From: a bacterium
Lineage (GTDB): Bacteria > Patescibacteriota > Minisyncoccia > Phycocordibacterales > UBA9973
Direction of reading: 5' to 3'
Assembly: GCA_037127795.1 (NCBI GenBank)
Contig: JBAXXQ010000001.1
Location: 252,274-316,273, forward strand
Length of the DNA: 64,000 nt
Of this stretch, positions 58,125 to 64,000 are shown one piece after another; positions within the stretch are counted from its first letter, which is position 1; every line of letters begins with the position of its first letter. The translations under genes and the position numbers were made by a program. Under the pieces are notes generated by a model. The model had not been told where the DNA came from. It made no database searches and saw only the letters and a program-made list of their open reading frames with translations.

Positions 58125-59369
58125 ATGAAACGTCAAGACTTAGAAAAAGCAAATTTATCTGAAGCACCTGGCGTGTATTTTTTCAAAGATGGGTTTGGGA
58201 AGATACTCTACATAGGTAAAGCTACTTCACTTCGCGATCGCGTGCGAAGCTATTTTTCGCCGGATGTGATCAAGACTCGTGGTCCACATATTGTCGATAT
58301 GGTTTTTAAGGCTGAAAGGGTAGATTTTCAGGAAACAGGAAGTGTGCTCGAGGCAGTTATCGTAGAAGCAAATTTAATAAAAAAACATAAGCCGTACTAC
58401 AACACCAAAGAAAAAGATGATAAGAGTTTCAATTGTGTTGCTATTACCAAAGAAGAATTTCCTCGAGTAATTATCGTCCGTCAAAAAGATATTGATACTC
58501 GCGCCAAGACTATAACTTCAGTAAAACAAAATATCACACAGGCGCCATATGATGTATTTTTTGGCCCGTATCCGAGCTCGACAACGCTCAAAGAAGTGCT
58601 TGGTATTATCCGCAAGATTTTTCCATTCAGAGATCGTGCAAGTACACAAAAAGATCGCGCAATATTTTATCGTCAGATTGGTCTTGCGCCCGATATAGAA
58701 ACAAGTGTCGGTATTGCAGCGTATAAAAAAAGTATTAGCCATATCAAGCTCCTCCTGGGTGGTAATATGAAAAAACTTATAGCAACACTTACCAAAGAAA
58801 TGCTTGCTGCTGCAAAAACAGAACATTTTGAAGAAGCAGAAATGCTCAAGCGTAAGATATTTTCATTACAACATATTCAGGATGTATCACTCATCAAACG
58901 TGAAGGAAGTTTTGAATCAAGCGGATTTCGTATAGAAGCCTATGATGTCGCGCATATTTCAGGGAGTAGTATGGTAGGGGTGATGGTAGTAGTAGATGGC
59001 GAGCAAAGTAAAAAATCTGAGTATAAAAAATTCAATATTAAGGGATTTATTAAGTCCAACGATACTGGCGCGCTCAAAGAAATACTCACGCGCAGATTTG
59101 CTCATCCAGAATGGACTATGCCGCAAGTAGTACTAGTAGATGGTGGTATAGCGCAGCAAAATATTGCACGAGAAGTACTCAAAGACCTCAATCTCAATAT
59201 ACCAATCATTGGTGTAGTCAAAGATGAACGCCATAGACCAAAAGCGATAGTAGGAGATAAGTCATTAATTGAAAAACATAAATATGCATTATTGCTCGCA
59301 AATAGCGAAGCACACAGATTTGCAATTACTTTCCACAGACAAAAACGCGCAAAAGCTCTCTTGAAATAA
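58125..59369 (+). CDS. uvrC: excinuclease ABC subunit C (short)
   Basis: GIY-YIG (PGVY..LYIGKA.SLRDRVRSYF), UVR domain, RIEAYDVAH, VDGG, EAHRFA; no HhH tail. Confidence 0.92.
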   Translation: MKRQDLEKANLSEAPGVYFFKDGFGKILYIGKATSLRDRVRSYFSPDVIKTRGPHIVDMVFKAERVDFQETGSVLEAVIVEANLIKKHKPYYNTKEKDDKSFNCVAITKEEFPRVIIVRQKDIDTRAKTITSVKQNITQAPYDVFFGPYPSSTTLKEVLGIIRKIFPFRDRASTQKDRAIFYRQIGLAPDIETSVGIAAYKKSISHIKLLLGGNMKKLIATLTKEMLAAAKTEHFEEAEMLKRKIFSLQHIQDVSLIKREGSFESSGFRIEAYDVAHISGSSMVGVMVVVDGEQSKKSEYKKFNIKGFIKSNDTGALKEILTRRFAHPEWTMPQVVLVDGGIAQQNIAREVLKDLNLNIPIIGVVKDERHRPKAIVGDKSLIEKHKYALLLANSEAHRFAITFHRQKRAKALLK

Positions 59370-59394
59370 AAAAGTTTGCTATACTATATGCAAT

Positions 59395-61281
59395 ATGAGT
59401 GCACCATACGACCCAGAGCATATTACGTATTTTGCGGAAACAGATTTTCGTAATCAAAAAACGCGCTTCGGTATAAAAAGTCGTGATCGTACTCGTCATA
59501 TGTATGTGATCGGTAAGTCTGGTGTAGGTAAATCTACATTGCTCGAAAACATGGCAATACAAGATATTCAAGATGGCCAAGGGCTTGCTATTTTGGACCC
59601 GCACGGAAGTTTTGCAGAAAAAGCTCTTGAATATATCCCTGAGCACCGTATCAAGGATGTGATTTATTTTTCTCCATTTGATACAGAATATCCAATATCA
59701 TTCAATGTGCTCGAAGATGTGGGTGCAGACAAGCGCCACCTTGTAGTATCTGGCCTTATGAGTACATTCAAAAAGATTTGGGTGGATGCATGGAGTGCTC
59801 GTATGGAATATATTTTGACAAATACACTTCTTGCGCTTTTGGAATATCCAGGAGCGACATTGCTCGCAGTGAACCGTATGCTTTCTGATAAAGATTTTAG
59901 AAAAGCGGTAGTTGATAATATTACCGATGCTGCAGTGAAAGCATTTTGGACAGAAGAGTTTGCAAAATATACAGAGCGTATGGCTGCTGAAGCTGTCCCT
60001 GCAATACAAAACAAGGTGGGACAATTGACCGCAAATCCACTTATCCGCAATATCATCGGACAACCAAAATCAAGTTTTGATATGCGTGCATTGATGGATG
60101 ATCAAAAGATTCTTATTGTGAACCTTTCAAAAGGACGTATCGGAGAACAAAATACCAACTTGCTCGGTAGTATGATCATCACCAAGATGTATCTTGCGGC
60201 TATGAGTCGTGCAGAAGTATCTGCAGAGCGCTCAAAATCTCTCGCACCATTTTATTTTTATGTTGACGAATTCCAATCATTTGCCAATGAGACATTTGCT
60301 GATATTCTCGCAGAGGCTCGTAAATATAAATTGGCACTTATTATTGCACACCAATATGTCGCACAGATGGATGAAAAAGTTCGTGATGCGGTCTTTGGAA
60401 ACGTAGGTACTACGGTGAGTTTCCGTGTGGGGCCGCTCGATGCTGAGCTTTTGGAAAAAGTGTTTGCGCCGCAATTTATGCAAAATGATCTTATCAATCT
60501 TGGTATGGCGCAGATTTACCTTACACTTATGATCAACGATATTGGATCACAAGCATTCTCTGCGCGAACATTACCACCACTTGCTCGCCCTCCTATTTCA
60601 TATAGAAATGATGTTATAGAAGATTCACGTAAACGCAATACACTCGATAGACCAGCAGTTGAAGCAAATATTGCCGCATGGTTTGCACAAGATGTACGAC
60701 CAAAAAGAGAATATCCTCCTAGTGGAGAGCAGAGTAATAATGAACCAAGTCAAGATAAACCTCGCATAACATTTGCAGAAAATAAGCCTCCATTTGTAAA
60801 AAAACCTTTTAATCCAGATGCACCAAGAGCTCCTTTTGTAAAAAAAGAATGGCCAAAGAAAGAGTTTACTCCTCGACCACCACAAAGTCCTGCTCCAGAA
60901 AAAACTCCTGTTGCTCATAATCCATTTAAAAAAGCTTTTGCGCAAGCTCCTGAAATAGAAACAGTCTTTGAGAAAAAAGATGTAGCAAAACCTTTTACTG
61001 ATGAAAAGCCACTTATTCAAGCTATTGCTCCAGTAAAACACGCAGAACGAGGTCCGACTGAGCAAAATAAAAACCTGCTTCGAGAAGCGCTCCTAAAAGC
61101 AGTTCCAGAAAAACCTAATACACCACCTCCAAGTCCTTACATTGCTCAAGATCCTCAAAAACCAATACAACAAAATAATACGCCGCCACCTATTCCAAAA
61201 TCGCCTCCTTTGCAAAGTCCAGTACCTGATTCCTCATTACAAGAAATTAGTCACGAAGATTTAAAAAAAGTTTTGGAATAA
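59395..61281 (+). CDS. VirD4/TrwB-like (HerA-FtsK superfamily) ATPase with Pro-rich tail
   Basis: DRTRHMYVIGKSGVGKS, LDPHG, YVDEFQ, EARKY..AHQY. Confidence 0.88.
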   Translation: MSAPYDPEHITYFAETDFRNQKTRFGIKSRDRTRHMYVIGKSGVGKSTLLENMAIQDIQDGQGLAILDPHGSFAEKALEYIPEHRIKDVIYFSPFDTEYPISFNVLEDVGADKRHLVVSGLMSTFKKIWVDAWSARMEYILTNTLLALLEYPGATLLAVNRMLSDKDFRKAVVDNITDAAVKAFWTEEFAKYTERMAAEAVPAIQNKVGQLTANPLIRNIIGQPKSSFDMRALMDDQKILIVNLSKGRIGEQNTNLLGSMIITKMYLAAMSRAEVSAERSKSLAPFYFYVDEFQSFANETFADILAEARKYKLALIIAHQYVAQMDEKVRDAVFGNVGTTVSFRVGPLDAELLEKVFAPQFMQNDLINLGMAQIYLTLMINDIGSQAFSARTLPPLARPPISYRNDVIEDSRKRNTLDRPAVEANIAAWFAQDVRPKREYPPSGEQSNNEPSQDKPRITFAENKPPFVKKPFNPDAPRAPFVKKEWPKKEFTPRPPQSPAPEKTPVAHNPFKKAFAQAPEIETVFEKKDVAKPFTDEKPLIQAIAPVKHAERGPTEQNKNLLREALLKAVPEKPNTPPPSPYIAQDPQKPIQQNNTPPPIPKSPPLQSPVPDSSLQEISHEDLKKVLE

Positions 61282-61284
61282 TAT

Positions 61285-62601
61285 ATGAAAAAAATCACAT
61301 GCATCATTTTTATTTTTCTTATCAGTATGCCCGCTCTGGCTCATGCAGATGTAATCATAAATGAAGTTGCATGGATGGGGACTAATAAAAGCTCTAGTGA
61401 TGAATGGATTGAGCTTGCAAATACAGATAGTACTGCTGTCTCACTTGCTGGATGGAAATTGCATACCGCAGACAACAGTGTAAATATAACCCTTTCTGGA
61501 TCTATATCTGGAAATGGGTTTTATTTATTGGAGCGTACTGATGATACGACAGTACCCAATATAACAGCTGATAAAATCTATACTGGCGCGCTTTCTGATA
61601 GTGGTGAAAAGCTTATATTGGAAGACAATACCGGTAGTGTAGTACAGAGTCTTGATTTTACTGCAAAATGGCCAGCAGGGAACACGACCACAAATCAAAC
61701 CATGCAGTGGAATGGTAGTACTTGGGTCACAGGAGATGCAACACCAAAAGCAAGTAATGTACAAACGACTGCAGATACAAATATCTCTACAGTAAACACC
61801 ACAACAAATACAAGTAATGGTTCACAGCAATACGTTCCACCAAAAGTAGTACCGCATATAGAATTTTCTTTTCCATCACCTCTGTACAGTGGTATGCAAT
61901 ATGAATTTGGTGCACAAGCAGTACTTGAGTATATGACCGAGCCGTATGGATATTTTGTCTGGAATATGGGGGATGGATCACATTTTACAAAAACAGATAA
62001 TACTGACCCACTCTCGTATACCTATGAATATCCTGGTACGTATACAGTATCTTTTGCGTATTACAGATCTGCATATGAGAAAAAGTCAATACTTTCTGGT
62101 ACAAAAAAGATTGAGGTTTTGAAACCTAGTATAGATATGAGTATTATAGATAATGGCGCAGCGCTTAGTATTCAAAATAGTACAGACAAGGTGGTGGATT
62201 TGTCTGGATGGCATTTGGAAACAAGTTCTGGTAATACCGTTTTTCCTGATATGACGTATATTGCGCCAAAAGCAGATGTTATTTTTTCTGCAAAAAATTT
62301 ACAACTTAGTTCAGTGCAAGGCGCAAAAATATATACACCATTTTCTGGATTTAGTACACAAGTAATACAACCCAATACTAAGGCAAATATTGTTATAAAA
62401 AATATTACAACAAAAAATAAAAACACCACATCTCGAAGTGTTCTCGGTACTGTAGCTCAACCTATACAAAATGTATCGACAGAGCCTATTGCTGCGCCAC
62501 AAACAAAAAACCACACCAAAAGTATTATTCTCGGTGTGGTTATTGCAACAGTTATCGGCCTGTTATTACTCCTTGAGCGTTTTATGACCCAGAAGGAGTA
62601 A
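61285..62601 (+). CDS. secreted lamin-tail/PKD domain surface protein with C-terminal TM
   Basis: VIINEVAWMG...EWIELAN...VSLAGW (LTD); WNMGDG...YEYPGTYTV (PKD); second VDLSGW. Confidence 0.85.
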   Translation: MKKITCIIFIFLISMPALAHADVIINEVAWMGTNKSSSDEWIELANTDSTAVSLAGWKLHTADNSVNITLSGSISGNGFYLLERTDDTTVPNITADKIYTGALSDSGEKLILEDNTGSVVQSLDFTAKWPAGNTTTNQTMQWNGSTWVTGDATPKASNVQTTADTNISTVNTTTNTSNGSQQYVPPKVVPHIEFSFPSPLYSGMQYEFGAQAVLEYMTEPYGYFVWNMGDGSHFTKTDNTDPLSYTYEYPGTYTVSFAYYRSAYEKKSILSGTKKIEVLKPSIDMSIIDNGAALSIQNSTDKVVDLSGWHLETSSGNTVFPDMTYIAPKADVIFSAKNLQLSSVQGAKIYTPFSGFSTQVIQPNTKANIVIKNITTKNKNTTSRSVLGTVAQPIQNVSTEPIAAPQTKNHTKSIILGVVIATVIGLLLLLERFMTQKE

Positions 62602-63346
62602 CTGGTTTTGTAGGAGTTGTTTGTGTAGCTGCTGGTGCAGTATCCACTGGAGTACTCTGTGTATCTATTTTAATACTATCAATTTCTTTATTGAGAAGTT
62701 GTACTTCTTGGTCTGAAACTTTTTGGATAGCACCATCGATAGTTTTTAATGCAGCTGTTTGAGCGGTAGTATCTGTCGGTGTTGTAGAGGTGTCTGGAGT
62801 ACTCAATACTTCAGCCTTTTTTGCTTGAAGTGTTGCTTCTATATCGGTTGTTGTTTTGAGTGCGGTATTTGGATCGTTTTGTCCTAGAGTGGTAAGCTCA
62901 GCATTCAATGCAGTAACGTGATCATCGAGTGCTTTTTCTACTGTTGCTTGTTTTGCTTCGGTAAGAGTTTTGGTTTGTGCGAGGATTTGAATTTCGTTCA
63001 AACGTGTTTCGATACGAGCTTTTTGCCAAGCAATTTTTGCAGTAGGAGTTTTCATAAATGCACCTTTTACTTCTTCATTTACATTCACCTTGAATGCATA
63101 GAGTGGATCTCCAGGAAGCGCACTATTTGCGACAACTGAGATGCTGCCACATACAAAGACTACAAACATTGATGTTGAAAGGACAATACGGAGACCGTGT
63201 TGCGCACTTTTTTGTATCCATGAAATACGAGGCATTACTGGAGTGATACTCATTTGGTATGCCATACGAGCACGCAAAGAAGCCTTCTCATCAGGAGTGA
63301 GTTTTATTTCTTTGAATGATTGTAATTTTTGTAATTTATTCTCCAT
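62582..63346 (-). CDS. DUF5667-like membrane protein, probable anti-sigma factor
   Basis: TM then SALPGDPLYAFKVNVNEEV...RLNE; overlaps the sigma gene. Confidence 0.75.
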   Translation of the reverse strand: MENKLQKLQSFKEIKLTPDEKASLRARMAYQMSITPVMPRISWIQKSAQHGLRIVLSTSMFVVFVCGSISVVANSALPGDPLYAFKVNVNEEVKGAFMKTPTAKIAWQKARIETRLNEIQILAQTKTLTEAKQATVEKALDDHVTALNAELTTLGQNDPNTALKTTTDIEATLQAKKAEVLSTPDTSTTPTDTTAQTAALKTIDGAIQKVSDQEVQLLNKEIDSIKIDTQSTPVDTAPAATQTTPTKPVTPSGS

Positions 63347-63863
63347 GGTATTTGTCGTATGACTTTCTTAGTTTTTCGATAATACGATGTATTTGTACAG
63401 CGAGCGCATTTGGTGTTTTATCAAAAAGCTCTGCTATATCATCGAGTGATCGTTCTTCTGCATAACGCAGAAAGATAATTTGTTTACTTTTTTCATCAAG
63501 TTCTTCGAGAAGTTTTTGCACTGAAGCAATGTCGTCTTGTTTGAAGATTGCATCGTTTGTAGTATCGACTTCTGGTTCGAACCCTTCTGTGACGAGATCA
63601 TCCAGTGAGTACGTCTTTGATCGTTTGTAGTAGTCTACAACAGCATTGCGTGCTGTTCTGTACAAAAAGGCTTGTGGATGGTCTATTTTTTGACCGCCAG
63701 CAAGGTATTGCCATACACGAGTAAAAACGTCTTGGGTGATATCGGTTGCAAGTGCTCGGTTTTTAACCCGAAATAATACAAAACGGAAGATTGCATCTTG
63801 ATATGTTTCAAAAAGATCAAAAAAATTATCTTCTACTGATTGTGACGACTGATCTGGCTTCAT
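63336..63863 (-). CDS. ECF RNA polymerase sigma factor
   Basis: DITQDVF, AFLYRTARNAVVDYYK, region 4 LRY.EE.S..DIA. Confidence 0.93.
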   Translation of the reverse strand: MKPDQSSQSVEDNFFDLFETYQDAIFRFVLFRVKNRALATDITQDVFTRVWQYLAGGQKIDHPQAFLYRTARNAVVDYYKRSKTYSLDDLVTEGFEPEVDTTNDAIFKQDDIASVQKLLEELDEKSKQIIFLRYAEERSLDDIAELFDKTPNALAVQIHRIIEKLRKSYDKYHGE

Positions 63864-63918
63864 ATTACAAGTTCATACAGTATAGAACCTTTTGGTCAAT
63901 TTTGCTATACTTGAGCCT

Positions 63919-64000
63919 ATGGAAACACAAAAAAGCCCTCTAAAAATCGTTGTGGTCGGTGCTGGTTTTGCGGGGATTGCAACAATCAAAAAACTACAAA
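63919..64000 (+). CDS. start of FAD-dependent oxidoreductase (NDH-2-like), truncated by the window end
   Basis: METQKSPLKIVVVGAGFAGIA, a Rossmann GxGxxG; TGCTATACT promoter 7 nt upstream. Confidence 0.7.
   Translation, partial: METQKSPLKIVVVGAGFAGIATIKKLQ

Overview
Low-GC chromosomal segment of a streamlined bacterium. The gene content points to Patescibacteria/CPR, probably Parcubacteria; this is inferred from the VirB2-like pilin array, orphan VirD4-like ATPase, ECF sigma plus DUF5667-like pair, and short IF-2 and S1. The genetic code looks standard: TAA, TAG and TGA are all used as stops. The housekeeping backbone includes mscL, guaC, pyk, hpf, lepB-hisS-def-fmt, pth, rpsA, gyrA, infB-rbfA, clpB, rlmB, gltX, uvrB, uvrA-nth, uvrC and five tRNAs. 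It is interleaved with AT-rich orphan genes that carry their own promoter and terminator. Best candidate for a new system: a tandem array of three secreted, mosaic, phage-fibre-like proteins with S74 autocleaving chaperones (7970-17528). They have constant ends, including an exact 222-bp promoter/leader repeat, and compositionally foreign middles, consistent with a diversifying host-recognition fibre locus. Other highlights: a methyltransferase-SBP-five-pilin cluster with a pilin carrying four six-Cys modules; Nth and UvrC without Fe-S cysteines; UvrA without its insertion domain; a four-hairpin rpsA leader; a structured GC-rich element behind tRNA-Leu; an identical 31-bp promoter in front of two unrelated orphan loci; pervasive near-leaderless promoters; and an unannotated gene with one in-frame TAG. 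All family calls come from recognising motifs by eye; no searches were run.
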